A stretch of DNA of 64,000 bases, taken from the NCBI GenBank assembly GCA_963675295.2, contig CAXXKJ010000002.1:704001-768000 (forward strand), written 5' to 3'. This document shows positions 1 to 10,307 of this stretch, piece after piece. Both the position numbers and the translations under genes were made by a program. How positions within the stretch are numbered: position 1 is the first letter of the stretch; every line of letters starts with the position of its first letter. The notes beneath the pieces were generated by a model that saw nothing but the letters and a program-made list of their open reading frames with translations, did not search any database and was not told where the DNA came from. This DNA is from a bacterium (lineage in GTDB: Bacteria; Electryoneota; Electryoneia; Electryoneales; Electryoneaceae).

Positions 1-459
1 GAGAACCGGTATCTTACGTTCACCCTGGGCGATGAGCAGTATGGTGTAGAGATCCGGTATGTCACGGAAATTGTCGGGATTCAGCCGATTACGGAGCTGC
101 CGGACACCCCGCCTTACCTGAGCGGCGTGATCAATCTGCGTGGCAAGGTGATTCCGGTTATCGAAGTTCGTGCCCGTTTCGGGTTGCCGACGCGTGAATA
201 TGATGATCGTACCTGCATCATCGTGGTTAACATCCGATCCACTTCGGTGGGGCTGATCGTCGACCGTGTCGCGGAAGTGATCGAGATTCCGCAGGATCAC
301 GTGGAAGATCCGCCGAATGTTGAGATGGGTGTGGCGAACCACTTCATCTCAGGTCTTGGTCGGGTCGAGGATTCAGTGAAGATTCTGCTCGACCTCGACG
401 TGCTGTTGTTCCAGGACAAGACGATGGCTGGCGCGATCGAAGCGGCGGCGGACGCGTAA
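1..459 (+). CDS. cheW: Chemotaxis coupling protein CheW (5' truncated by window edge)
   Basis: Frame open from base 1: ENRYLTFTLGDEQYGVEIRYVTEIVG..PPYLSGVINLRGKVIPV..VGLIVDRVAEV, typical CheW motifs. Confidence 0.93.
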   Translation, partial: ENRYLTFTLGDEQYGVEIRYVTEIVGIQPITELPDTPPYLSGVINLRGKVIPVIEVRARFGLPTREYDDRTCIIVVNIRSTSVGLIVDRVAEVIEIPQDHVEDPPNVEMGVANHFISGLGRVEDSVKILLDLDVLLFQDKTMAGAIEAAADA

Positions 460-537
460 AACGGTTTAGACAAGCATAGCGCAGGAGAGCGGGTTTGTCG
501 TGGGGACAGGGACCCGTACATCCCTGCCGGAGATACG

Positions 538-570
538 AAAGGGGCTGGTGAAAACCGGGCCCCTTTTTAT
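538..570. terminator. Intrinsic terminator, likely bidirectional, between convergent cheW and miaA
   Basis: AAAGGGGCTGGT-GAAA-ACCGGGCCCCTTTTT hairpin with A and T flanks. Confidence 0.7.
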
Positions 571-608
571 ACTCTGCGTTGGCGTGGCGAACTGGGCCGG
601 ACTCAGCG

Positions 609-1553
609 TCAGAGAGACATCAGGATTGTGTCCGCGATCTGCTCGGCGTTGCGGTTGCCGGCCTGAACCCAGTGGATGCGTTCGTTGCGGCGGAACCAGG
701 TGAGCTGGCGTTTCGCGTAGCGGCGGGTGTTCTGCTGGATCCGTTCGACCATCTCATCGATGGAGTCGATCTCGCCGTTCAGGTAGGCCATCCCCTCTTC
801 GTAGCCGACGCTTTTCATCGAATAGGCGTCCCCGTAGCCACGATCAATCAGGTCCCGTACTTCGGCGAGCAGGCCGAGGTCGAGCATCATGCGGGCGCGG
901 CGGTTGATGCGTTCGTAAAGGGCTTCGCGGTCGTGTTCGATCCCGAACCAACGCACCGGCCACGGCGCTTCGTCCCGGGATCGCTGATGCAACTCGCTGA
1001 AGCGGACGCCGGACGCTTTGACCACCTCGAGCGCACGCAGGATACGTTGCCGGTCGGCCGGCAGGGTCTTCGCTGCGTACTCGGGGTCGAGTTCGGTCAG
1101 CTCGGCGAGTAACGCGTCCAGACCGAACCGTTCCGCACGTTCCTCCAGTTCACACCGTACCTGTTCATCCTTGATGTCGTCCCCGGAGAAGAAACCATCG
1201 ATCAACGCCTGCAGATACAGCCCGCTGCCACCGGCGACGATGGCGGCTTTGCCACGTGCGCGGATCTCGTCGATCCACCCGCGTGCGGCGGTGGCGAATT
1301 GTCCGGCGGAGTAGACGACGTCCGGGTCCACGAGATCGAAGCCGTAGTGCGGGATGTTGTGGCGTTCAGCGAGGGACGGTGTCGCGGTGGCAATGTCCAT
1401 GAAGCGATAGATCTGGCGGCTGTCGGCGGAGACAACCTCGCCGTTCAGGGCGAGTGCCAGTTCGACCGCGACATCGGTTTTGCCGGAGGCGGTGGGTCCG
1501 ACGATGACGAAGACCGGGTTTGACGTGTTTGATGTCTGCTGGGCTGAGCTCAT
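609..1553 (-). CDS. miaA: tRNA dimethylallyltransferase
   Basis: GPTASGKT, DSRQIY, GGSGLY, RALEV, TRRYAKRQLTWFR motifs. Confidence 0.97.
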   Translation of the reverse strand: MSSAQQTSNTSNPVFVIVGPTASGKTDVAVELALALNGEVVSADSRQIYRFMDIATATPSLAERHNIPHYGFDLVDPDVVYSAGQFATAARGWIDEIRARGKAAIVAGGSGLYLQALIDGFFSGDDIKDEQVRCELEERAERFGLDALLAELTELDPEYAAKTLPADRQRILRALEVVKASGVRFSELHQRSRDEAPWPVRWFGIEHDREALYERINRRARMMLDLGLLAEVRDLIDRGYGDAYSMKSVGYEEGMAYLNGEIDSIDEMVERIQQNTRRYAKRQLTWFRRNERIHWVQAGNRNAEQIADTILMSL

Positions 1554-1577
1554 GATGAGGAACGTACGAAATCGCGC

Positions 1578-2180
1578 TCACTCGTACACACGGATCAGCT
1601 CGCCGGTCATGGTGCCCTCGACCGCGCTGGCGTACGCGGCTCCAACCTTGTCCATCGCGACCGGTGTCTGTCCCGGGAAGAAATGGCCCAGTTTCGGCGC
1701 AGAAGCTTCGAGCAGGCCAGGGGCGACGACGTTCACGCGCAGATTGCGTCGAATCTCCAAGGTGACCGCCTTGACGAAGCTGTGAATCGCGCCATTAACC
1801 ATCGCGGCGCTGGTGGTCATCGGGACAGGATGCTCGCCGAGGATGCCGGTGGTCAGGGTGAACGATCCGCCTTCGTTGACGATGTCCTGCCCGACACGCA
1901 CCAGGTTGACCTGGCCCATCAGCTTGCTGTGGAAGCCGACGTAGAAGTCGTCTTCCTGCAAGTTATCGAACTGGTCCCATTTGACCGCTCCGGCGGCACA
2001 GACGACGGCGTCGAGGTTCGGCACGGCGTCATACATCGCGTGGATCGAGTCGATGTCGGCGATGTCGACCTGGACGTCGCCCTGGGTGCGTCCAGCGACA
2101 ATGACGTCATGTCTGCCGGCGAGGGCTTTTGTGGCGGTGCCGCCGACGGTTCCGTTGCCACCGATGATCAGGATGCGCAT
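1578..2180 (-). CDS. Short-chain dehydrogenase/reductase (short atypical SDR)
   Basis: N-terminal Rossmann motif IIGGNGTVG; SKLMGQVNL and RVNVVAPG motifs. Confidence 0.88.
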   Translation of the reverse strand: MRILIIGGNGTVGGTATKALAGRHDVIVAGRTQGDVQVDIADIDSIHAMYDAVPNLDAVVCAAGAVKWDQFDNLQEDDFYVGFHSKLMGQVNLVRVGQDIVNEGGSFTLTTGILGEHPVPMTTSAAMVNGAIHSFVKAVTLEIRRNLRVNVVAPGLLEASAPKLGHFFPGQTPVAMDKVGAAYASAVEGTMTGELIRVYE

Positions 2181-2242
2181 GGTGGTTTGCCTCGTTAAAC
2201 AGGAAGCTTCATGAAGGTATCCGGACAGGGCTGAGAGAACAA

Positions 2243-2272
2243 GCCCGCGTTGTTAAAGCCAACACGGGCAAG
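2243..2272. repeat. REP-like palindrome (CCCGCGTTG..CAACACGGGCA)
   Basis: Near-identical reverse-complement copy at 26467-26495. Confidence 0.75.
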
Positions 2273-2314
2273 ATTTTCTTCGATAATCTGCAAACTACAG
2301 CCCAGAGCCCGCCA

Positions 2315-3400
2315 TTACTGCATCGGGCGTCCGCAGTAGATGCCAAGGGATTCTGCAGTTCGCACCAGTTGCCCGTCCGGGTTGACGAACTTCTGCCGGC
2401 CGACAGCATCTTCAATGGGGACATCGACGATTTGGGTGCCGTTCAGTGCGACCATCCGTCCGAAGCCTTTTTCCGCGACCAGTTCGGCAGCACGTACACC
2501 GAAGCGGGTGCCGAGCATACGGTCGAGGGTGGTCGGGCTGCCGCCGCGCTGCAGGTGGCCGAGGGTGATCTGGCGAACATCCACGCTAAGGTGTTTGCGG
2601 ACCATTTCCGCGAACCACGATCCAGGTGTGTCGGTGGTACGGCGGCGATGCACTTCGTCGTCCGGGTGCGGCTTGTTCCGGGCTGCTTCGGCGACGACGG
2701 CGATGGAGAAGTTGCTGCCACGCGCGTAGCGGCGCTTGATGAACCGCAGGGCTTCGTCGAGGTCGTAGGCGATTTCCGGGATCAGGATCAGGTCTGCGCC
2801 GCCGGAAATTCCGGCTTCCAGCGCGATCCAGCCGGCGTCCCGGCCCATCACTTCGAGCACCATCGTGCGACGGTGCGATTCAGCGGTGGTATGCAGGCGG
2901 TCGATGGCCTCGGTCGCGACGGTCACGGCGGTGTTGAAACCGAAGGTGACGTCCGTGGCGAGCAGATCGTTATCGATCGTTTTCGGCACGCCGATGACCG
3001 GCATACCCTTTTCGAAGAACCGTTGTGAGATGTGCTGGGTGCCATCACCGCCGATGGCGATCAGCGCATCCAGCTCGAGCGACTCGAAGTTTTCCATGCA
3101 ACGGTCGGAGAGGTCGACGACTCGTTTCTCGCCATCTGGCGATTTTATTTCGTATTCAAACGGGTTGCCGCGGTTGGTCGTGCCGAGGATGGTTCCACCC
3201 TTGGGCAGGATACCGCGGACGGCGTCCCGGTTCAGCTTCGTGATCCGGCGAGTGTTGATCAGGCCTTCGAACCCGTCTTCAATGCCGATGAATTCCATGT
3301 TGAAGCGGCTCATGCCGGTTTTCACCACGGCGCGGATAACGGCATTCAGACCGGGCGCGTCGCCGCCGCCAGTGGTGATTGCAACTCGGAGATTGGACAT
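2315..3400 (-). CDS. pfkA: 6-phosphofructokinase (group III type, GGDG with PKTIDND)
   Basis: TGGGDAPGLNA, GGTILGT, IGGDGT, PKTIDND, EVMGR, GHLQRGG; start placed at ATG 3400. Confidence 0.95.
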   Translation of the reverse strand: MSNLRVAITTGGGDAPGLNAVIRAVVKTGMSRFNMEFIGIEDGFEGLINTRRITKLNRDAVRGILPKGGTILGTTNRGNPFEYEIKSPDGEKRVVDLSDRCMENFESLELDALIAIGGDGTQHISQRFFEKGMPVIGVPKTIDNDLLATDVTFGFNTAVTVATEAIDRLHTTAESHRRTMVLEVMGRDAGWIALEAGISGGADLILIPEIAYDLDEALRFIKRRYARGSNFSIAVVAEAARNKPHPDDEVHRRRTTDTPGSWFAEMVRKHLSVDVRQITLGHLQRGGSPTTLDRMLGTRFGVRAAELVAEKGFGRMVALNGTQIVDVPIEDAVGRQKFVNPDGQLVRTAESLGIYCGRPMQ

Positions 3401-3620
3401 GGTTGGATCCTGCGTTCGTCTATCTGAAGAAAGAATTGCTGCCAAGAAATCGTGCGGCGGTAAAGTATCGAATGTGGAGGGCTTACGCGAGTCCAATCTC
3501 TACTTTGATGCCCCGGTGTGGATACGTTTCAGGCGAAGCAGATGGGATCGGAAATCTGCTTGAAACGTGCAAATTTCAGCACCATGTTGTTGTCTTCCCG
3601 GAAGCTGTCACGGTGAGCTT

Positions 3621-5366
3621 GTGAAACGAGCCATCCAGATTGCGATCCTGCTGTTGCTCCCGCTGGCGCTGGCGTCCGCGCAGGAGGAGAACCGTCTCCG
3701 GCTGCGCGAATTGACCGTCTCCGGCCTGTCCGGTCTCAGCATGGCGGAACAGCGGGATCTGACCGGCCTCGAGGAGGGATCGCAGTATACCGACACCGAA
3801 CTTGACGCCGCTCGGGACACGGTCATCGTCCGCCTCGCTTCGCTGAACGATTACCCTTTCGCCACGCTTGATTCGTTCATCCTCGACACCCTCGCCGGCA
3901 ACCGTGCCGTGAATCTTCAGGTATCAATCGACCCCGGCCCGGAGTTGTGGGTGCGGTCGGTGGAGTTGACTGGACCGTTGGCTGGGCAGGAAGAGCGGTT
4001 GCGGGGGGCGATTCGAACGGAGCCGGGCGCACGGCTCCGCAACGCTCAGTGGGAACGGGACATGCAGCGTGCGGTGGAGGTGCTGCGGGAACAGGGGTAT
4101 CCGTTCGCGAAGGTCGAAACCGGCAAGCTGCGACCGAATTTCATCGGGGACACGGTGTATGTGGATCTGGCGCTGAACGTCCTGCCCGGTACGAATGTGA
4201 GCATCGAACATGTCGAATTCGCCGGGCTCGAGCGCACGAAACCGAGGACAGCCCGGCGGGCGGCGTACCTGCGTGAGCAACCGTATCATCCGGCGGCGGT
4301 GGAGCGGGCACGCCGGCGCTTGCTGCGCACCGAGTGGTTTGCCGACGTCTCGCGCGGCGAGGTGTTCCGGGACCGGGAGGGCCGGTACGGCGTGCTGTTC
4401 GAGGTGCGGGAGCAGCCGACGAGCAGCGTCTCGGGTGCGTTGGGCTATGCGGCGGATGATGAAGGAGTGGCGGGCGCGTTGGATGCCACATTGGCGAACC
4501 TGTTCGGCGATGGCCGCGCGTTTGATCTGCACTGGCGGCGGGACAGCGAAGACTCGCGCGCATTTTCGGTGCAGTATCTCGAACCGTACCTGTTCGGGTT
4601 GCCGTTGGACGCGACGGTCCACCTGAGCCAGGAGGTGCGCGACTCGCAGTATGTCGCGGTGGAATTCGGGGGCGGATTGAGTGCACGGATCGCCGACGAG
4701 TGGACCGTGAGCGGCACACTGCGCCAGCGTGCGATCACCGCCGACAGCCTCGCGGAAAACGCAGATACGTCAGATTATTCTCTCGTTGGCGCGGGGCTGG
4801 CGTTGGCCTATGACACCCGAGACCGTCGCAGCAACCCACGGCGGGGCGCGTACGCGAAACTCGGCAGCGAACGGCTGTTCCTGGACGGGACACGGACGGA
4901 AGTTCTGACCGGCGGATCACGCCAGAAAGAACTGGCTGGAACCTATCGGAATACGGTCGATGTTGAACTGGCGGTTCCATTGCGCAACGAATGGGTTGGC
5001 TTCATGGCGCTGCACGGTGTTGATCTGGCAGTTGACCGGGATGAGACGCCGCCGTTCGCGGAGTGGCCGCAGCTGGGTGGCGCGGCGACGGTCCGTGGGT
5101 TCGCGGAACGCAGCCTGATCGCTCCGAGTGCGGGCTGGGGGACGATGGAACTGCGGTATTTGCTCGGGCCGCGCAGCCGGGCGTACGCATTGGGCGATGC
5201 CGTGGCGCTGGGGGCGGTTCACGACGCGACTCGCTGGGAATGGTCGTACGGCGCGGGCGTGATGGTCGACACCGGAATCGGGCTGCTGAATGTGGCGATT
5301 GCGGTGCCGGGCGGTGAGGGTTTCAGCGCAGCGGTGGTTCACGCGCAGGCGGTGGCACGGTTCTGA
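3621..5366 (+). CDS. Omp85 (BamA/TamA) family outer-membrane protein with POTRA domains
   Basis: Signal peptide after GTG 3621; POTRA-like GYPFA/LNDYPFA; NLFGDG, YDTRD, LGG..VRGF motif; C-terminal Phe. Confidence 0.85.
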   Translation: MKRAIQIAILLLLPLALASAQEENRLRLRELTVSGLSGLSMAEQRDLTGLEEGSQYTDTELDAARDTVIVRLASLNDYPFATLDSFILDTLAGNRAVNLQVSIDPGPELWVRSVELTGPLAGQEERLRGAIRTEPGARLRNAQWERDMQRAVEVLREQGYPFAKVETGKLRPNFIGDTVYVDLALNVLPGTNVSIEHVEFAGLERTKPRTARRAAYLREQPYHPAAVERARRRLLRTEWFADVSRGEVFRDREGRYGVLFEVREQPTSSVSGALGYAADDEGVAGALDATLANLFGDGRAFDLHWRRDSEDSRAFSVQYLEPYLFGLPLDATVHLSQEVRDSQYVAVEFGGGLSARIADEWTVSGTLRQRAITADSLAENADTSDYSLVGAGLALAYDTRDRRSNPRRGAYAKLGSERLFLDGTRTEVLTGGSRQKELAGTYRNTVDVELAVPLRNEWVGFMALHGVDLAVDRDETPPFAEWPQLGGAATVRGFAERSLIAPSAGWGTMELRYLLGPRSRAYALGDAVALGAVHDATRWEWSYGAGVMVDTGIGLLNVAIAVPGGEGFSAAVVHAQAVARF

Positions 5367-5407
5367 CGGCGGGCGACCACGGACACTCTTTGCTACCGAC
5401 AACCAAC

Positions 5408-7669
5408 CTACCGCAGCCTCAACGAGTTCATCACGACGGTGATACTCGAGATGGCCATCGCACCGGCGGCCAGTGCGGGGTGAAGCTGCTGCAACGCCAG
5501 CGGCGCGGTGGGGATAATCGCCAGTACACCGGCCGCGACGGGGACCAGCGCGACGTTGTACGCGAAGGCCCAAAACAGGTTCTGGCGGATCACAGCGACG
5601 GTCTTGCGGGACAGCTTGATTGCGCGTGGGACGTTGCGGAGATCGTCCGACGGTAAACTGATCCCGGCGACTTCGATCGCGACATCCGCACCGCTGCCGA
5701 TGGCGATGCCGAGGTCGGCGCGTGCGAGCGCGGGCGCGTCGTTGATCCCGTCCCCGACCACCGCCACGCCGCCGCGAATCTTCTTCCGGTAGGCGAGCAC
5801 CGCCGCTTCCTTGTCTTCCGGGTGCTGTTCGGAATGCAGGTAATCGAGCCCGAGTTCCTGGCCGATGGATTCCACGATTGCTTTGTGGTCGCCGCTGAGC
5901 ATCGCGGTGCGCATGCCCATCTGGCGCAGCTGCTGGACGGTATCGTGGGCTTCGTCACGGGGTTTGTCGCGGAAACCGAGCACGCCGATGATGCCGTAAC
6001 GGTCGGCGACGATACTGACGGTTTCGCCGTTCTCGCGCATCTCAGAGATCGCGTTTTCCATCCCGCCAGGCAGGTCCTCGAAGGCTTCCGGCTTGCCGAC
6101 ACGGATCAGGCGGCCATTGTCCAGCATGGTGCGCACGCCGAACCCGGCCTCTTCCTCGAACATGGCGGAATCGTGGAAGATGATCCCCTTTTCCTTGCCT
6201 TTCCTGACGGCGGCGGACGCCAGCGGGTGGGACGAACTCTTCAGCGCTGACGCGGCCATCTCGAGCAGCTCACGGGTTTTCGTTTTACCGACAACATGCA
6301 GGGTGGACAGTTCCGGTTCGCCGACGGTCAGGGTGCCGGTCTTGTCGAATGCGACCAGCCGGATTTTCGCGCCGGCCTCGACCGCTTCGGCGTCCCGGTA
6401 GAGGATGCCTTTCTTCGCCCCGGCGCCCATGCCGGTGATGATCGCGGTCGGTGTGGCGAGTCCCATCGCGCACGGGCAGGCGATGACGAGCACCGCGACC
6501 ATGCGCACCAGCGCCGTCTCGATGCTGCCGGTGAACACCAGCCACACGATCAGGGTCAGCAGCGCGACGCCGACAATAACCGGCACGAACACAGCCGCAA
6601 CACGGTCGGCCAACCGTTGAATCGGCGCTTTCGATCCCTGCGCGGCTTTGACCCGTTTCACGATCCTGGCGATGGCCGAGTCGGAGCCCGGCTTCATCAC
6701 TTTGACGTTGATCGCGCCCTGCTGGTTGATCGTGCCGCCGTAAACTTCGTCCCCGGCCTCGGCGTCATACGGGGTCGATTCGCCGGTGAGCAGGGAAACG
6801 TCAATTGATGTGCTGCCGGAGTCGATGATGCCATCCACCGGGATCGTTTCGCCGGGCTTGACGCGGATCATGTCGCCGGGCCGGACAGCGTTCAGCGGCA
6901 TATCGTGGTACTCGCCCATCTCGTCGATCAGGTGCACGGTCGGCGGGACACGTTTCATCAGGTCCTGGATCGCGGTGCCGGCCTTTCCTTTCGCACGGAT
7001 CTCGAGCCATTTGCCGAGCTTGATCAGAGTGATGATCATCGCCGCGGCTTCGAAGTAGAGGTGGCCGTTTCCGGTCAGCATCACGATAAGGGAATAGACG
7101 TACGCGGTTGTTGAGCCCAACGCGACGAGGACGTCCATATTCGCGCTGCGGTTTCGCAACGAGTGCCACGCGCCCAGGTAGTAGCCCTTGCCGGTGTAGA
7201 ATTGCACCGGAGTCGCCAGCAGGAAGAGGAGGATGTTGTAGAGGAAATGGTCGCCGAGGACACTGGGGACCATCCCCCAGTCGCGTCCCATGCTGAGCAG
7301 GAACAGCGGGATGGTAAACGCGAGGCCGACGCTGAGCGCTTTTTTCTGCTTCGCGACTTCTTCACGCCGGGCGACGGCTTCGGCGTTGCCGGGATCATCA
7401 TCCGGGTCGGGCAGCACGAGCCGGTAACCAGCTTCATGGACGGCGTTCGCCAGCTTGTCCATCGGTGCGAGACGGGGGTCGTATTTCAGGTGGACCTGTT
7501 CGGAGGCGTAGTTGACGGTGGCGTCCTCGACGCCCTTGACCTTCTTCTTCAGCGCCCGTTCCACCGCCTTCGCGCAGTTCGCGCAATACATCCCGATCAC
7601 GGGAAGATCAATCTCTTCCGTGCGAGCCGGGCCATGCCGGTCAGCGCTCGAACCCCGTTCTTGATTCAT
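5408..7669 (-). CDS. copA: Copper-translocating P1B-type ATPase
   Basis: HMA GMYCANC, TGES, CPC, DKTGT, HP, GDGINDAPAL, YN, MAISS motifs. Confidence 0.95.
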   Translation of the reverse strand: MNQERGSSADRHGPARTEEIDLPVIGMYCANCAKAVERALKKKVKGVEDATVNYASEQVHLKYDPRLAPMDKLANAVHEAGYRLVLPDPDDDPGNAEAVARREEVAKQKKALSVGLAFTIPLFLLSMGRDWGMVPSVLGDHFLYNILLFLLATPVQFYTGKGYYLGAWHSLRNRSANMDVLVALGSTTAYVYSLIVMLTGNGHLYFEAAAMIITLIKLGKWLEIRAKGKAGTAIQDLMKRVPPTVHLIDEMGEYHDMPLNAVRPGDMIRVKPGETIPVDGIIDSGSTSIDVSLLTGESTPYDAEAGDEVYGGTINQQGAINVKVMKPGSDSAIARIVKRVKAAQGSKAPIQRLADRVAAVFVPVIVGVALLTLIVWLVFTGSIETALVRMVAVLVIACPCAMGLATPTAIITGMGAGAKKGILYRDAEAVEAGAKIRLVAFDKTGTLTVGEPELSTLHVVGKTKTRELLEMAASALKSSSHPLASAAVRKGKEKGIIFHDSAMFEEEAGFGVRTMLDNGRLIRVGKPEAFEDLPGGMENAISEMRENGETVSIVADRYGIIGVLGFRDKPRDEAHDTVQQLRQMGMRTAMLSGDHKAIVESIGQELGLDYLHSEQHPEDKEAAVLAYRKKIRGGVAVVGDGINDAPALARADLGIAIGSGADVAIEVAGISLPSDDLRNVPRAIKLSRKTVAVIRQNLFWAFAYNVALVPVAAGVLAIIPTAPLALQQLHPALAAGAMAISSITVVMNSLRLR

Positions 7670-7698
7670 CGTGTGCCTGTATGTCTCCGTAGCCGGTG

Positions 7699-7926
7699 TT
7701 ATTCTGTCGGCAGAATCAGTTTGTAACCACTTTCCTCCAGCAACCGTCCCGCAGTGGAGAGGTTCATGACGGCGTCATCATAGCTGAGGTCGACAGATGC
7801 GGTGTCGAGGTTGACGACAGCCTGCGTTACTCCGTCCACATCTTCTTCGAGGATGGAGCGGACGAGGTTCGCGCAACCCTTGCAATGCATGCCTTCGACA
7901 GTGAAAGTTCGTTTTATTTCTGACAT
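7699..7926 (-). CDS. copZ: Heavy-metal-associated domain copper chaperone (CopZ-like)
   Basis: MSEIKRTFTVEGMHCKGC; directly upstream of copA; GGAG RBS before ATG 7926. Confidence 0.85.
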   Translation of the reverse strand: MSEIKRTFTVEGMHCKGCANLVRSILEEDVDGVTQAVVNLDTASVDLSYDDAVMNLSTAGRLLEESGYKLILPTE

Positions 7927-8125
7927 GGTATCTCCAGTTCCGGGAGGCGGGTAAAAGCCCGCCGTCCATGTTGCCCGATCCATGTGCCGGTCTATTTTAC
8001 GGCAGCAAATTCGTGGAAACAGGCTTTGTTCTGGTACAGGTACGGCTGTCTGAGCCGAATGTTTCCAACGTGTTTGCATGGAACGTAACCACGCCCCGTC
8101 TCAAAAACCAGACCCGGGAAGAACC

Positions 8126-8587
8126 ATGGCGAAGAGGTTGGACACCGAGATCCTGATCGACGCCCCGGCGGAACGGGTGTGGTCGGTGCTGATGGATTTT
8201 GTGGCGTATCCGGAGTGGAACCCGTTTATCCAGCAGGTCCGGGGCGAGGCGAAGGTGGGGGCGACGTTGACCGTCACCATGGAGCCGCCGAAGAAGAACA
8301 AAATGACCTTCCAGCCGAAAGTGCTGGCGGTGAAGGAGAATACTGAGTTCCGCTGGCTCGGCCACACCGGCTTTCCGGGGCTGTTCGACGGCGAGCATGT
8401 CTTCCAGCTCGAGAAACGCGACAACGGTACCTGCTTCATTCAGCGGGAGAAGTTTCGCGGGATTCTCGTTCCGCTGATCATGGCGATGATCGGGAACGCC
8501 ACCCGCAACGGCTTCGAACAGATGAACCAGGCGTTGAAGGAGCGGGTGGAACAGCTTGACGTCTCGTCAGACAACGGTCAGGCCTGA
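8126..8587 (+). CDS. SRPBCC / polyketide cyclase family protein
   Basis: IDAPAERVWSVLMDF..YPEWNPF, FDGEHVF, GFEQMNQALKERVE. Confidence 0.88.
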   Translation: MAKRLDTEILIDAPAERVWSVLMDFVAYPEWNPFIQQVRGEAKVGATLTVTMEPPKKNKMTFQPKVLAVKENTEFRWLGHTGFPGLFDGEHVFQLEKRDNGTCFIQREKFRGILVPLIMAMIGNATRNGFEQMNQALKERVEQLDVSSDNGQA

Positions 8588-8589
8588 TC

Positions 8590-10014
8590 TCATTTCAGAA
8601 GCACCATCCTTCGCGTAACCTCCGCAGTCCCAATTTCTGCACGCAACAGATAGGTTCCGCTGGTCAGGGAGGAACCGTCCACTGAGAATTGCTGCAACCC
8701 TGCGCCGGCTCGAACGTTCGGCATTGTCCATACAACCCTTCCGAGCGTGTTGACGAGGGTCAGGTTGACCGGGGAGGGGTGTGGCAGGTCGAGCGTGATT
8801 GTGGCTGAGGAGTTGAACGGGTTCGGATAGGTGTGGATGCTAAGCTGTGGTACTTGTTGGTAATGGATCTCTGGAGAATTCGACAGGATAGATTCGTTCT
8901 CGATCCACGACAACGTATTGCCAAGGATGATAAGATCGGGATCTCCATCATTATCAATATCGGCAACATCCATGTACAAAGCTTCATTTGCGTCCTGAAT
9001 CACAGGAGCTACAGTATAATTCATTGAACCATCGTTTATCGCAACATAGGGTGGATTATTGTGCACTGATGCTGCAAGATCGATATTACCATCTAAATCC
9101 CAATCGATAGGCATTATATCACTACAGACACTTTCAAATTCAGGAGCAATAAACTCGGCTTGTTCGAATACGCCATTACTGGTCTGCTCAATCCAGGAAG
9201 CATCTCCGTATGTGTTGTTCCACACACTAGTCTGTATTAAAATGATATCCATATCCTGATCATTGTCTACATCTACAGCTTTGGGTCGTATTCCTGAACT
9301 CATATATATGATCTCTGGATCTTGCGAAGGCAGGTTCATGATTAATTTACAATTTCGAACATATCCAAAGTCGCTTATACCCGTAAATAGATCATATCTC
9401 ATACCCTCATCGATTTTGAACAACGTTGGATCAAGCATATTTTCATAACCTGTATACGTTCCGTACAATCTGGTTCTGCCAACATGACCACCAATTTGTT
9501 GCAAACAGGTATAAAGATAATCTTCATGAAATTCATCCGTGTAATTCCGGGCCACAACAGCAAGATCCAAGTCACCATCGTAATCTAAATCAGCAACATC
9601 CATATACGTATAATTATCCTGACAGCGTACTGGATCAATCTCGGTATAATCATAATCACCATTATTATTTCCTAATAATACAGGTATTCTGGATAAATTA
9701 TTTTCCACTAAGATGTCCAAAAACCCATCACCATTCAAATCCCCGATGGAAACATCATCAACCCACTCATTTGAGCTAAACACATGTTCCTGGAAATGAC
9801 CAGCGCCAGTGTTTTCCCACCACGCAAAATAGGCCGTGTGAGCTACAACGATATCAATATCACCGTCCAGGTCAAGATCGGCGGCATGTACCGAATGGGG
9901 ATATGACGGTAGGTCGAACTCGTGGAGGATATGCTCCACTTGTGACAGGCTTGGGTGCGACAGGAACAGCAGAACAGCGCCCGCGATTCCAAGGGTTGGC
10001 AGGCTTGATTTCAT
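8590..10014 (-). CDS. Secreted FG-GAP/VCBS repeat protein with T9SS-type C-terminal sorting domain
   Basis: Signal peptide; repeated DLDLDGDID/DLNGDGFLD/DIDNDGDPD; C-terminal YPNPFN..SGTYLLR..MVLLK; AT-rich core. Confidence 0.85.
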   Translation of the reverse strand: MKSSLPTLGIAGAVLLFLSHPSLSQVEHILHEFDLPSYPHSVHAADLDLDGDIDIVVAHTAYFAWWENTGAGHFQEHVFSSNEWVDDVSIGDLNGDGFLDILVENNLSRIPVLLGNNNGDYDYTEIDPVRCQDNYTYMDVADLDYDGDLDLAVVARNYTDEFHEDYLYTCLQQIGGHVGRTRLYGTYTGYENMLDPTLFKIDEGMRYDLFTGISDFGYVRNCKLIMNLPSQDPEIIYMSSGIRPKAVDVDNDQDMDIILIQTSVWNNTYGDASWIEQTSNGVFEQAEFIAPEFESVCSDIMPIDWDLDGNIDLAASVHNNPPYVAINDGSMNYTVAPVIQDANEALYMDVADIDNDGDPDLIILGNTLSWIENESILSNSPEIHYQQVPQLSIHTYPNPFNSSATITLDLPHPSPVNLTLVNTLGRVVWTMPNVRAGAGLQQFSVDGSSLTSGTYLLRAEIGTAEVTRRMVLLK

Positions 10015-10307
10015 TATAAATCCCTCCAGATTCGGCGTGACAGGATAAATAGGAAATATATTCACGTCCGCACGAGAATCCTATCCGCGTGCAGCAATTC
10101 GTCAACGTTCAGCCATTCCGACTTTCGTGTTGGATACCTCTTTCGTTGAGCCGTCACGCGAGCGTAGCTTACTTGGCTGGGCGGGCTCGCCTGCGCGGGT
10201 TGTGTGGCGTATGTTCCGCATGCGTGGAGAAGATCCGGATACCCGGGTCACAAGACGACCCGGGCCACCGCGCACTCATTCATTGACAGAGATTGATCCG
10301 TACCGAT

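Noticed and set aside
481-527. Hairpin after cheW as an ncRNA
   Set aside because: Short and matches no family I recognise; more likely 3' UTR structure
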